A DNA stretch of 64,000 nt from a virus (taxonomy: Duplodnaviria; Caudoviricetes), in IMG/VR virus record IMGVR_UViG_2842063143_000003, positions 1,570 through 65,569 of that record. One strand, given 5' to 3'. This document shows positions 7,282 through 16,568 of the stretch, in pieces. Under the pieces are notes generated by a model, which saw nothing but the letters and a program-made list of their open reading frames with translations, was not told the origin of the DNA and ran no database searches. Positions within the stretch are counted from its first letter, which is position 1, and each line of letters begins with the position of its first letter. A program made the translations under genes and the position numbers.

Positions 7282-7773
7282 TCACTTGGTCCGAGTGCCG
7301 GTGACCGTGACTGGCACGCCGTTCACGATGATCGTGCGGGTCAGGGTGTCGCCGACCTTCGGCTCTACGGGCTTGGCCGGGGCCTTCTTGGCGGGCTTCT
7401 CAGGCGCCTCGCCGGCCGTGTAGGAGGTCGGCACGCCGCCGGCCAAAGCCTTGCAGGCGTAGCTCGCCACCTGGCTCACCGGGACGGTGACGGACGCCAC
7501 GTCGGGGTTCAGAGCTACGATGATGCTGGTCACCGAGGTCACGGTCGGGAGGAAGCCGCAGGCGGTCTTGGTGGCCGTGCGAACCTCGTTGATGACGGTG
7601 GTGATCTTGGTCACCTGGGCGGGCGACAAGCCGATGCCGGAGAGGCCGGAGGGCGTGGTGACGCCGCTGTTGAGCCCGGCGTCGATCTGGCCCTGAGATG
7701 CCGTGAGATTGCACGCAGACAAAGCGACGCCGACGCAGCCAAGCGCCAGCGCCCGAACGAATGTGCGGGGCAT
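7282..7773 (-). CDS. Lipoprotein (lysis region)
   Basis: Signal peptide with lipobox LSAC; two further Cys. Confidence 0.75.
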   Translation of the reverse strand: MPRTFVRALALGCVGVALSACNLTASQGQIDAGLNSGVTTPSGLSGIGLSPAQVTKITTVINEVRTATKTACGFLPTVTSVTSIIVALNPDVASVTVPVSQVASYACKALAGGVPTSYTAGEAPEKPAKKAPAKPVEPKVGDTLTRTIIVNGVPVTVTGTRTK

Positions 7774-7909
7774 GAGAATTCTCGCGATGTGGGGAGCCGG
7801 AGCCGCCGGCGCGGGCCGATATGGGTTATCCCATAACGGAATGAAATCAGTGCGTTAGGGGCAACAAATTCCGAAATGGAATGAGTTGCAGATCTGGCCC
7901 GGCTGGCTC

Positions 7910-8052
7910 GGAGATGCTATGTTTCAGGTGAAGCTGGTTCGATCCCAGCTCGGTGACCGAGGGTTGGTGCGGGGGTGGTTCGAGTCCACCTGTCTCCGTT
8001 AGGAGGCAGATGCTGCTGAGTTGCAGTGGTCTGACAGCCGGGAAAGACCGGC
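7910..8052 (+). ncRNA. Candidate tRNA-like structured RNA with two T-arm motifs
   Basis: GGAGATG/TGTCTCC acceptor-like stem, GCTGG-TTCGATC-CCAGC and GGTGG-TTCGAGT-CCACC arms, distal GAAA-type hairpin; non-coding gap. Confidence 0.55.
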
Positions 8053-8056
8053 AACC

Positions 8057-8215
8057 CTACCGCTTCCAGATCATCAGCAGGCCCGCGAGCCACCCGCCGA
8101 GACCGGGCTTGCGCTCTGGGTAGACGGGCGGTTTCATGTCCCCCCACGTCTCATAGCCGGGCTTTCCGCGCCAAGCGTTCGGAGCCTTCGGGGCCGGCTT
8201 CTGCTTCTCGGTCAT
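8057..8215 (-). CDS. Small hypothetical protein
   Basis: GAGG RBS; 52 aa with hydrophobic C-terminus. Confidence 0.5.
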   Translation of the reverse strand: MTEKQKPAPKAPNAWRGKPGYETWGDMKPPVYPERKPGLGGWLAGLLMIWKR

Positions 8216-8219
8216 GGGG

Positions 8220-8327
8220 TCACCTCGGAAAGTTCGACGCCAGAGCGAACAGGATGAGCATGGCAACCGCCGTTCCGCCGAGAACAGCGAAGAACGACGG
8301 CCAGCCGGGGTGCTTGAAGCCGCTCAT
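8220..8327 (-). CDS. Small membrane peptide (35 aa)
   Basis: ATGA overlap with endolysin stop; MSGFKHPGWPSFFAVLGGTAVAMLILFALASNFPR. Confidence 0.5.
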   Translation of the reverse strand: MSGFKHPGWPSFFAVLGGTAVAMLILFALASNFPR

Positions 8328-9076
8328 CGTCGCTTCGCCTTCTGCACGACGTGGGCGACTGGAGCCGTTCGCTTCTGAACAGCGGCAGGCTTCGACACGA
8401 CCGCGTGCTTGTCGGAGATTGGCTTGGGCTTTGCCGGAGCCGCAGCGGGCACTGGCGGCGTTGCGGGCGTGACCGCTGCCTGGGTCACCGCTCCGTGCTT
8501 CGCGGCCACCAGAGCCGCGCGGAAATGCGTGAAGTAGCCGGCGATCAGCGCGGCTTTGTCGGTGCCGTTGATGATGGCTCGGGCGCCGTGCGGGTTGCTC
8601 TTGCCGTGGCCGAAATAGTCCCCCAGCTTCTTGCCGGTGAACCAGCCGCCGACCATGCCGTGGAACATGATCTCGGCGGCGATATCGGGGCGCAGTGCGA
8701 GGTCGGGCGTGCGAGCCAGGTCCTCGTCAGGCTTCAGCAGCCCGAGCTTCCGCAGCTTGTCCGTCGCGTTGACGTAGTTCGCCTGCCAGGTGAGCTGCAC
8801 GAGCCCTCGGCCATAGTAGGCCTGCTTGTAGGGGCCGGCGAGCTTGCCGTAGGATTTTCCCTTGCCTCGTCCGTACTCGCGGATCGGCTGCATAGTCGGG
8901 CCGGCTTCGCGGAGCGCGGTCGCCAGGCAGTAGGCCAGCGGATCGGTGGGCAGCGCCGCCGGGCAGGCGTCGAAGATCGCATCCATGCCCTGGACTTGCT
9001 CAGCCGTGAGGCTGCCACCGAACAGCGGCTTGCGCACACGGTCGAAGAACACGGCCCGATCGAGCGTGGCGGTCAT
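8324..9076 (-). CDS. Endolysin, glycoside hydrolase family 19 (chitinase-like)
   Basis: LATA..E..TMQPIREYG, YYGRGLVQLTW..NY, ARAIING motifs. Confidence 0.88.
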   Translation of the reverse strand: MTATLDRAVFFDRVRKPLFGGSLTAEQVQGMDAIFDACPAALPTDPLAYCLATALREAGPTMQPIREYGRGKGKSYGKLAGPYKQAYYGRGLVQLTWQANYVNATDKLRKLGLLKPDEDLARTPDLALRPDIAAEIMFHGMVGGWFTGKKLGDYFGHGKSNPHGARAIINGTDKAALIAGYFTHFRAALVAAKHGAVTQAAVTPATPPVPAAAPAKPKPISDKHAVVSKPAAVQKRTAPVAHVVQKAKRR

Positions 9077-9152
9077 CGGTATTCCTGGGGTGGGGAGAGG
9101 CGTGCGCAGAGACGCGCGGCGTGCTAGCCTTCAGCACACCGGAGGAGCAGCA

Positions 9153-9239
9153 ATGATCGTGTTTCAGATCAGCGTTCTGGTCGTCTCGACGATGGTGTTC
9201 GGCTTGAATTTGGCGAGGCTAGTGGACGGAGGCAGATAG
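9153..9239 (+). CDS. 28-aa hydrophobic peptide (antisense moron)
   Basis: GGAGGAG RBS, MIVFQISVLVVSTMVFGLNLARLVDGGR, fills intergenic gap. Confidence 0.5.
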   Translation: MIVFQISVLVVSTMVFGLNLARLVDGGR

Positions 9240-9241
9240 GC

Positions 9242-9589
9242 TCACGCGAGAACCGCTACCGTCACCACCGTCCCGCTCGGTGCCGTCGTGAACGGCGCCG
9301 CGTTCAGCAGCAGCGTCCCCACCGACACCATCCCCTGCACGGTGCAGCTCGTCGCCGTGACCGCCGTGACCTTGCCGCAGATCATCTGGTTGCCGGCGGT
9401 CCAGTCCTCGATCAGCCAGGCGAACGGGGCGACCGCATAGGTCCCAGCCCCGAACGAGATGGTTGCCACGCCGCTGCTGTTGCAGACACCGGTGAAGGTC
9501 CGAACGCGCGGGAGGATCGCCTGCACGTCTGCCCGGGTCATCAGATCCGTGGCAGCAGCCGCAGCCTTCCCAAGCTGCTTGCGGGGCAT
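9242..9589 (-). CDS. Small virion/fibre-associated beta protein
   Basis: Thr/Ala/Gly-rich 115-aa ORF in tail region. Confidence 0.65.
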   Translation of the reverse strand: MPRKQLGKAAAAATDLMTRADVQAILPRVRTFTGVCNSSGVATISFGAGTYAVAPFAWLIEDWTAGNQMICGKVTAVTATSCTVQGMVSVGTLLLNAAPFTTAPSGTVVTVAVLA

Positions 9590-9592
9590 CGC

Positions 9593-10270
9593 TCAGCCTG
9601 TGATGACGGCGCGCAGGGCGCCGGCCGCCGGGGCGGTCGCGAACGTGAAGGCGACGGTGCCGGTGCTGGGCCGCACGGTGTCGGTCTCCACCGTCTCGCC
9701 TGTGCTCACCAGATAGAGCTGCGCCACGACGTCGAGCGTGCCGAGGTTGTGAGACACGGTGATCGTGGTCGAGGATCCATCGCCGACGTTGGTCGAGAAC
9801 TTCCGGGCCACGACTGTCGTGTTAATCGCGAATTGGGTGCCGGTGAGAGTGAGGCCCGTCCCGGCCGTGTAGGCGATGCCGGCGCCGAATTTTGCGAAGG
9901 CGATGGCCGTCGTGCCGACCGTGAGCGGATCATCGGTGGTGACCGTGTATGCCGTGTCGGCGTTGACGGTGCCCTCATCGACATAGAAGGCCGCGCCCGC
10001 GTTGAGGGCGCCCTGTAGGCCATCCGCAGCGCGAGTTGCCGCGGCAGATGCGCCGTTCCACACGTAGACGCCGTTCTCCGCGCCCGCCGTCTGGTCCTTG
10101 GCGAGGAGGCGGTTACCAGCGGCCATCGTCACGCCGTCGATCGCCGCGCCCGGCGATGCGAGGTTGATGTTGCCGGTCGAGGCTACGCGGACAGCTCCGT
10201 GCCACGACAGGCCTGCCAGCAGCGACTGAACCTGCGCGAGGTTGACCGCATCGGTCGGCTGCGAGCGATC
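9593..10270 (-). pseudogene. Fibre/decoration protein lacking its N-terminus
   Basis: Credible protein begins at DRSQPTDAVNLAQVQ...VRVASTGNINL...KDQTAGAENGVYVW; no start/RBS; upstream frame is unrelated. Confidence 0.6.
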
Positions 10271-10970
10271 AGCCGATGAAGCTGGTAGGTGGCGCCGCTT
10301 GCCGGGATGCCGGCGCTCTGAGCCGTGGTGTAGTTCCACGACACCGTGCCGGTGGGGAGGTCGATGGTCAGTGCGCCATCGGGGTCGCCAGACAGGACCG
10401 CGATCGGCGAACTTGCCCCGCTGACGGTGAGCATGAAGGCTGAGCCGGTCAGATCGGTGGGCGACCCGGCCGGGCCGAAGCTCCACACCTTCGGGGGGTG
10501 TCGTCGCCCTGCCAGACCGCGAAGCTGTCCTCGGCTGGGATGGACAGCGGGATCGGATCCGCGGCCGTCAGGTGGAGGGCACGGAGCGATGGGGTCAGGT
10601 TCACCTTGCCCTCCGCGACGGTGTAGGGGTTGCCCTGCGGGTCGATGACCACGGCTTCCTGCCAGTACACGCCCGGCTTGATGCCGATGGTGTCGGCGTA
10701 GGTCAGATCGAACCGCAGGCTTGAGCTGCCGCCGACCGTGACGATGTCGAGGTTGGCGCCGGTTGCCTTCAGCACGCATATCTGCGGGGCGATGTAGCCG
10801 CTGAGGCTGAGCCCGAGCGCGGCAGGGTTCTCGGGAATGCCCAGGGTCCATTCCGCGGACCAGCCGGTCAGGTCCGCAGCAGAGCCATCGGCGCTCGCGA
10901 CCGGGATGCTCCACGCGCGGGCGTTGCCGCACGGGAGCGAGATGGATGCCGAAGTCATGTTGAGAGCCAT
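10265..10970 (-). pseudogene. Two-domain BppU-like baseplate/fibre adaptor, frameshifted at a C6 tract and truncated
   Basis: Domain 1 ADLTGWSAEW...GVYWQEAVV; domain 2 QGDDTP/KVWSFG..TDLTGSAFMLTV continues in another frame at 10493-10498. Confidence 0.6.
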
Positions 10971-10983
10971 GGCCTCGCTCCGA

Positions 10984-11391
10984 CTACGGCGCGGTGATCG
11001 TGCCGCTCGTGATGCTGACCGACTGCCCCGAGCTGATCGCGGCGCTGTCGAGCACGATGTCCGTACCCGAGGTGCCGACCGTCAGGCCTGACACGACGAC
11101 GGTGCCGGAGTCGTTGCGGAACTCGGCGAGCGCCGCCGTGCCGGTCGCGGAAGCGGTCGCGCTGAGCGGCACGCCCTGAAGAGTCGCGACCTTGCCGCTG
11201 ACCGTGAGCGCCGTGGCCGGGAGCGGGATGCTCGCGAGGACGCCCGTGGCGCCGGAGAGCGCGGAAGTTCCGATGACCAGCGTGCCGGCCGTCGCCGTGC
11301 CGGTCGCCGCAGCGATGGTCTTGCCAGCGATGAGATCCGCCACAACCTGAAGCCGCGGGGTCGCCACGGTAGCCGGGTAGTTCACGGGCAT
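10984..11391 (-). CDS. Virion structural protein (fibre-associated)
   Basis: ATGTAALAEFR...GLTVGTSGTDIVLDS..I.SGQ.VSITSGTIT pattern; tail region. Confidence 0.7.
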   Translation of the reverse strand: MPVNYPATVATPRLQVVADLIAGKTIAAATGTATAGTLVIGTSALSGATGVLASIPLPATALTVSGKVATLQGVPLSATASATGTAALAEFRNDSGTVVVSGLTVGTSGTDIVLDSAAISSGQSVSITSGTITAP

Positions 11392-11403
11392 GGAATGCGT
11401 CTC

Positions 11404-13362
11404 CTAATGAGGCAGGCGGCCGGTCAGGACGACCGCGGCGCGAAGGGATCCGGCGATGCTGACCGCTGCGGGCAATCGGCCAGGGGCGGTGACAGGGCCG
11501 GGCAGACGACCCGGCAGGATCGCGTCAGGAAAGGCGTAGAGCCGCACGGAGGCACGTGCGGTGTCCGGGGCCTCGGAGGCCACCAGAGCGCCTGTGACGG
11601 GCACCAGATCGCCGGAAAAGCCCGCGAACGCGGCGACATCAATCCGCTCACTGGCGGCCAGCATCGCCATCGTTGCGGCGTGGCCCGAGACTTGGGCGGT
11701 ATCGGGCGCCTCGGAGGCAATGAGCGTCGCGGCGGTGGAGACAGTGCCAGGGGCCGAGGCTTGGTCCGGAGCCTCTGTAGCGGCGAGCGCTGCAGCGGTT
11801 CGGATGTTGCCCGACAGCGATGCGGCGTCGGCGGTCTCCGAGGCCGCGAGCGTAGCGCTCGCCCGGATGTTGCCAGCCAAAGCGGCGCTGTCGGATGCTT
11901 CCGTCGCGGCCATGGCGGCTGAGATCGGGGCGCCGGTGTTCTGGACGAAGGCTGCGGTATCCGGCGCCTCGGTAACCGCCAAGACCGCAGAAGTCGTGGT
12001 CTGGCCGGCGAGAGCCGCCGTGTCGCGCGCTTCCGTGGCGGCAAGGCTGGCGACAGTCTGAGCCGAAGCCGTGATCGCCGCGCTGTCCCGCGCCTCGCTG
12101 GCGGTGAGCGTGGCCTGGGTCGAGGTCTGGCCAGTGGCGGCAGCTGTGTCGGGCGACTCGGTAGCGGCTAGGCTGCCAGGGATCGCCGCGCCGGCCGAGA
12201 AGCTGGCTGTGTCCTGTGCTTCCGTGGCAGCCAGAGTGGCCGTCGTGGAAGTGGCGCCGGCGACCGCGGCGGCGTCATAAGCTTCTGTTGCCGCGAGGGC
12301 TGCCGCGTCTGTCACCTGACCGGAAGCCGCCGCGGTATCGCTAGCTTCCGAAGCTGCCAGCGCTCCAGAGGTTGAGACCGAACCGATGGCAGCTGCGGTG
12401 TCCCGCGCTTCCGTCGCCGATAGCGACGCGGCCGTGCTGGTCGATCCGGCGACCACCGCAGTGTCGCGAGCCTCTGTAGAAGCGAGCGTACCGGTGATCG
12501 CGTTCGAGCTGGCGAATGCCGCCGTATCGGCACTCTCAGTCGCCGCCAGAGTGCCGGCGATCCCCGTATCTGCCGTCGTAACGGTTGGGGCTGCCGTCTT
12601 GTAGGCGTGCCCTGCCGGCAGAAGAGCTTGCTGGCCATTGTTCCAGGCGTTGTAGCCCTGAACCATCGCCAGTTCGGCCGGCGAGATGACGCCCGACCAC
12701 AGCATCATTTCGGCGACGGCGCCCTTGGGGTAATTCCCGCCCTGACCGGTGGACATCAGCCCGAGCCGATCCATCGCGGTCACGCCGACATTGGCGTTCG
12801 AGGAGGATCCGCCGTCCACGCCGTTGACGACGGTCTTGTAGGTTGTCGTCGAAGTCGGGACGCCATCGATGAGCAAGGGCGCGCCCGTCGCGATGGTCGT
12901 CGTGCTCTCGTTGAACCCGTACCAGTAGCCGACTTTGCCCGGCCCGGAGATAAAGGAAACCGGGATAACGCCTGACTTGTCAAAGGGGTCAGCGCCGTTC
13001 GGGGCGATCAGCGAGACCGCACGGCTGTCCTTGTCGTCCGCGTTCTCACGCAGCAGGATCGACGCGCCCATGACAGCGACGGGGAAGCCCTGCCCGCCAG
13101 CCGTTCGCCAGCCGCCTGAACCTGTGGTTTCGATGCCCGCAGAGCTGGATCCGAAAGCCGTCGCGTTGAAGGCATGGCCCGAGCCCTCACGAACCAGCGT
13201 TCGCCCTTTCCCGGAGCGATCCGCCCACGTCGTGCCGACCGATGCGCCGGACACGCCGGCGTCAGCCCCAAGCGCGAGCCCCCCGGCAGGATCGACGATC
13301 CTGTACCATCCCTCAAGGACAACGCTCGTCATGTCGGTCGGCAGCCACTTCCGTGTCGCCAT
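11404..13362 (-). CDS. Fibre-like protein: lectin/LamG-like N-domain plus 16 x ~21-aa repeats
   Basis: W.DRSG...GAVAEMMLW...Y.AW..G....LPAGHAYK; repeats LAATEAxDTAA. Confidence 0.75.
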   Translation of the reverse strand: MATRKWLPTDMTSVVLEGWYRIVDPAGGLALGADAGVSGASVGTTWADRSGKGRTLVREGSGHAFNATAFGSSSAGIETTGSGGWRTAGGQGFPVAVMGASILLRENADDKDSRAVSLIAPNGADPFDKSGVIPVSFISGPGKVGYWYGFNESTTTIATGAPLLIDGVPTSTTTYKTVVNGVDGGSSSNANVGVTAMDRLGLMSTGQGGNYPKGAVAEMMLWSGVISPAELAMVQGYNAWNNGQQALLPAGHAYKTAAPTVTTADTGIAGTLAATESADTAAFASSNAITGTLASTEARDTAVVAGSTSTAASLSATEARDTAAAIGSVSTSGALAASEASDTAAASGQVTDAAALAATEAYDAAAVAGATSTTATLAATEAQDTASFSAGAAIPGSLAATESPDTAAATGQTSTQATLTASEARDSAAITASAQTVASLAATEARDTAALAGQTTTSAVLAVTEAPDTAAFVQNTGAPISAAMAATEASDSAALAGNIRASATLAASETADAASLSGNIRTAAALAATEAPDQASAPGTVSTAATLIASEAPDTAQVSGHAATMAMLAASERIDVAAFAGFSGDLVPVTGALVASEAPDTARASVRLYAFPDAILPGRLPGPVTAPGRLPAAVSIAGSLRAAVVLTGRLPH

Positions 13363-13439
13363 CAGATCGTTGGCTCAGCCATGCGTCAGGCTCCCGGCGA
13401 GCAGGGTGAGAGAGTGGAGGGGTGGGGATAGACAGACGA

Positions 13440-14741
13440 TCAGTGCGCGGCCCAGTAGGTGCCGTTGCAATAGGCCGGGAGACTTGTCGTTCCGCCGCCT
13501 GATCCTAGCCCACCGTTGTAGGTGGGCGACCCGCTATAGTCGTCGACTCGGACCAAGATGCCCTTGGTTGCGGCATTGCAGGTCGGAAGCTGTGCGACAG
13601 TCAGGCCGACGGTGAACTGGATGGGCCGGTCGATCGTGGCTCCCACGTCGGTGAACTTGAGGTTCACGGGCGTTCCAGCGGAGGAGACATCAGAGGAGAT
13701 GCGCGCGGCTTGGCGCGTCGTGCCGTCAATCCAGGCCATCCCAGCGCCACGGCCGGCTTCAATCATCGTGCAGGTCTGGCCGGCAGTACTGCCATCGCAC
13801 CCGACAAGTGCTGTTTCACCAAAAAGCAGGCCCTTCTCAAACTTGGCTCCGTTGCTGTAGATCGGCAGCGCGGTGCCGCAGTTCGCCGCCTGCGTCACGT
13901 TCTGACTGCCGTCCCAACCGGTCTGCTGGCCGGGCGTGACGTTGCCGCCGCAGGCGATGTTGATGCCGGATGCCCACGCGCTGTAGACGGCGTTCGGCCC
14001 CGAGGCCATTGCGCTCGGGATTGAGCGGTCTGAGCCGTCACCCAGATCGGTGACGTTGACCTCCAGCCCATGGACCTGACCAGCGCCCTTCTTCCGGCGC
14101 GCCTCCATGTAGCCAGCCCAAGATGTCTGAGGCGCGGTCGTCTTGAAGTTGAAGCTCCAGCCCATGATGCCGATGGGAAGTCGGCCGGAGGTTGCGATGT
14201 CGGTCGTGCGGGTGGCGCCCACAACTCCGACGTCACCAATGCCGGACAAGGACACTATCTGACCAAAGCCGCCATAGGCGTACTGACTCGCAGAGCCTCC
14301 GGCGCCGTTCCCGAGCCAGTTGGTCGGGCTTCCTGATGCGGGCGAGTTGAACAGAGTGCGGCTGTTGACGGTGAAGAACGCCGCGTTGAGAGCCGCAAAA
14401 CCTGTCGGGCCTGGCGCCGTGATCCCGGATAGGTTGCCGAGCAGTCCTGCAAGAGAAGATGCGGCCGCGCCCGAGTTCGGTGTCACGCTCATCCCCGACA
14501 CGTCACCGGTCGAGCCAGGGGCGGTGAGATTGAGACGGGGCGCCGTCAATAACCCACCGAAAACAGGGTTGGTGTTTGGGGCGGGGGTATAATTAAGACG
14601 ATCTTGCTTTGCAGTGAAAGCTGCATTCCACTGCCCTGCAGTTGGAATTTGGCCACGAGAAAAATTTGGCGAGGATTGTGCGGAAGCACTTCCTGCGGCT
14701 ATAACACCAGCGATCAAGACAAAGATACGTCGCTTAATCAT
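13440..14741 (-). CDS. Tail-fibre/spike-like protein with N-terminal signal-peptide-like segment
   Basis: MIKRRIFVLIAGVIAAGSASAQ; Gly-rich beta body; C-terminal TVAQLPTCNAA...YCNGTYW module. Confidence 0.7.
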   Translation of the reverse strand: MIKRRIFVLIAGVIAAGSASAQSSPNFSRGQIPTAGQWNAAFTAKQDRLNYTPAPNTNPVFGGLLTAPRLNLTAPGSTGDVSGMSVTPNSGAAASSLAGLLGNLSGITAPGPTGFAALNAAFFTVNSRTLFNSPASGSPTNWLGNGAGGSASQYAYGGFGQIVSLSGIGDVGVVGATRTTDIATSGRLPIGIMGWSFNFKTTAPQTSWAGYMEARRKKGAGQVHGLEVNVTDLGDGSDRSIPSAMASGPNAVYSAWASGINIACGGNVTPGQQTGWDGSQNVTQAANCGTALPIYSNGAKFEKGLLFGETALVGCDGSTAGQTCTMIEAGRGAGMAWIDGTTRQAARISSDVSSAGTPVNLKFTDVGATIDRPIQFTVGLTVAQLPTCNAATKGILVRVDDYSGSPTYNGGLGSGGGTTSLPAYCNGTYWAAH

Positions 14742-14745
14742 GATG

Positions 14746-15303
14746 TTACGCCGCAATCTTGGCCGCTTGGATAAAGAGCTGATCCACCTGATCGACTGTC
14801 AGCTTCAGGCCCTGGGGGCCACTCAGGCTGGCGACGTAGGGGTTGGTCCGATCCCACGTGCGGGCCTCCGTGAACCAGATCTGTGCCTCGCCCCCGGTCG
14901 CCTGTACGGCCGTCGTAATGTCATCGAGAAGGGTCTTGTCCTTCGCCGAGCCGGGCGTGCGCAGGCATTGGATCTTGGCTTGCGCGCTGGTCACGCTGGC
15001 CGGAACTGCCGTGTATCCGGAGATGGTGAGGCTGTAGGGGGCTAGCACCTCGTGAAGGGCGGCATTGGTCTGTTCGCCGGCATCGTCACGAGGCCAAGCC
15101 GTGGGGAGCCGACCGCCCGTGGCCCAAGCTTTGAATGCAGGGTTGTCGTTCGGAACGATGTCGCCCGCTGCCGACGAGAACAAGCGCCCGTCCTCAGCCA
15201 GCCAGTAATGGTTGGCAGGGTTGTAGAGCGGCAGGCTCGGGAAAAATTCGGCCACGGCTGAAATCTCTTGCTCGACGCTCAAAGCGGAATTTTCGTCGGA
15301 CAT
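14746..15303 (-). CDS. Tail fibre assembly/chaperone-like protein
   Basis: Follows fibre gene; YNPANHYW...WPRD.AG.QT and VTSAQAK...QVDQLF..A motifs. Confidence 0.7.
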   Translation of the reverse strand: MSDENSALSVEQEISAVAEFFPSLPLYNPANHYWLAEDGRLFSSAAGDIVPNDNPAFKAWATGGRLPTAWPRDDAGEQTNAALHEVLAPYSLTISGYTAVPASVTSAQAKIQCLRTPGSAKDKTLLDDITTAVQATGGEAQIWFTEARTWDRTNPYVASLSGPQGLKLTVDQVDQLFIQAAKIAA

Positions 15304-15313
15304 GCTGCGATCC

Positions 15314-16558
15314 TCAGAGATACTGACCGCCGAGCGCGGTGGAGCCGGCCACGCTGCCGGGGAAGAAGTTGGCGCCGCCACCGTTGGTGTTGATGATGCC
15401 GTTCGCCGCGGAGTAGTATCGCGTACCAGTGGCGGATCCGATGAAGCCCGCCCCAGAGGCAGCTTGGATGACGCCGCTCAGTGCATTGGCGAACGTCTGC
15501 GTGAAGTTGGGGGCCGAGTTCATGGTGACGACGCCGCCGATGACGATGTTGCCGCCAGGGATGGAGTTCAGGCCGTAGGCGATGCTCCCCGCCATGCTGC
15601 AGCCTGCGTTGATCACGACGTTAGACGCCGTGCCTGACAGGATGTGCGCTCCGGCGCTGCCCGAGGCCTGAGCAGCAAAGAAAACATTACTAAGATTTAC
15701 AGATGCGCCCGTTACGACGCCAAGCGTATGATTGTTATATGTTGAACCGCCAGTGCTCTGTATTGTAATTCCGTTAAAATTAATTCTTCCCGCGACAACC
15801 CCAACAACGGACCCGCCCCCTCCGATTTGCGGCCCAGTTCCAGAGATAACATACGCGCCATTGTTTGCTGGATCGCCCCGTAAGATAATTGAGGATGCCG
15901 GAGCGTAAAGACCTGCGGATGGTGCTTGATATGTAGCCGCTACGCCAAGCTGAATAGTGATGGTAGAGCTTCCGCCGGCATATTTTGCAGCCGCATATTT
16001 AATGGCCGCCTCGGGCGTAAAGAACGCATGCGCTGCATCGTTTGAAGCGCCATTGTTTGTCGCCCCCGTGTCTGATCCATCCGGTCGGACATACAGCGTC
16101 GCGCTTGAGGGTGGGAATATCGGCGCGTAATTCCCGATGGTTGCAGTTGTGATAATACCGACCCAGCCCCGAGGAGAAGCCCCGTCCGGGTTGGTCGTAT
16201 TGTTATCGACGAGGTTTAGCCAGATCAGTCCCACAGTGGCAGATGCGAGAATGGCTCCCGAAGGATACCCGCCGACTGAATTAGAGAAAGACTGATCATA
16301 AGGAACCAGCCCGCCGGCGTTCTGCCATCGCGACCAGGCTGTTATCTGGTATAGGATGCCGTTGAAATCCTGCATCGATGGAGGCTTCCCACCGCCGGCG
16401 ATGGGCTGCCCAGTTGCAACCGGAAAGCCGTCAGTTAGAGACGCCTGACCAATATCAGTCGCAGTCTGCGATGCCTGCGGAACCATGCGAATGGTGCCTG
16501 AGGCCGCATTGTTGCCGAAAGGGATCGGAAATTTGGTCGGAATATCGGTGAATTTCAT
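15314..16558 (-). CDS. Tail fibre protein
   Basis: ASLTDGFP...GGKPP.MQDFNGIL...GGYP.GA.L N-terminal anchor; AT-richer variable C-terminus. Confidence 0.85.
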   Translation of the reverse strand: MKFTDIPTKFPIPFGNNAASGTIRMVPQASQTATDIGQASLTDGFPVATGQPIAGGGKPPSMQDFNGILYQITAWSRWQNAGGLVPYDQSFSNSVGGYPSGAILASATVGLIWLNLVDNNTTNPDGASPRGWVGIITTATIGNYAPIFPPSSATLYVRPDGSDTGATNNGASNDAAHAFFTPEAAIKYAAAKYAGGSSTITIQLGVAATYQAPSAGLYAPASSIILRGDPANNGAYVISGTGPQIGGGGSVVGVVAGRINFNGITIQSTGGSTYNNHTLGVVTGASVNLSNVFFAAQASGSAGAHILSGTASNVVINAGCSMAGSIAYGLNSIPGGNIVIGGVVTMNSAPNFTQTFANALSGVIQAASGAGFIGSATGTRYYSAANGIINTNGGGANFFPGSVAGSTALGGQYL

Positions 16559-16568
16559 CGGCCTCGAC

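Noticed and set aside
11550-12560. Periodic DNA repeats as a possible CRISPR array
   Set aside because: Degenerate 63-bp coding repeats varying at third positions; no spacers or cas genes
9242-16558. Diversity-generating retroelement or invertible fibre cassette
   Set aside because: No reverse transcriptase, invertase or TR/VR repeat pair seen
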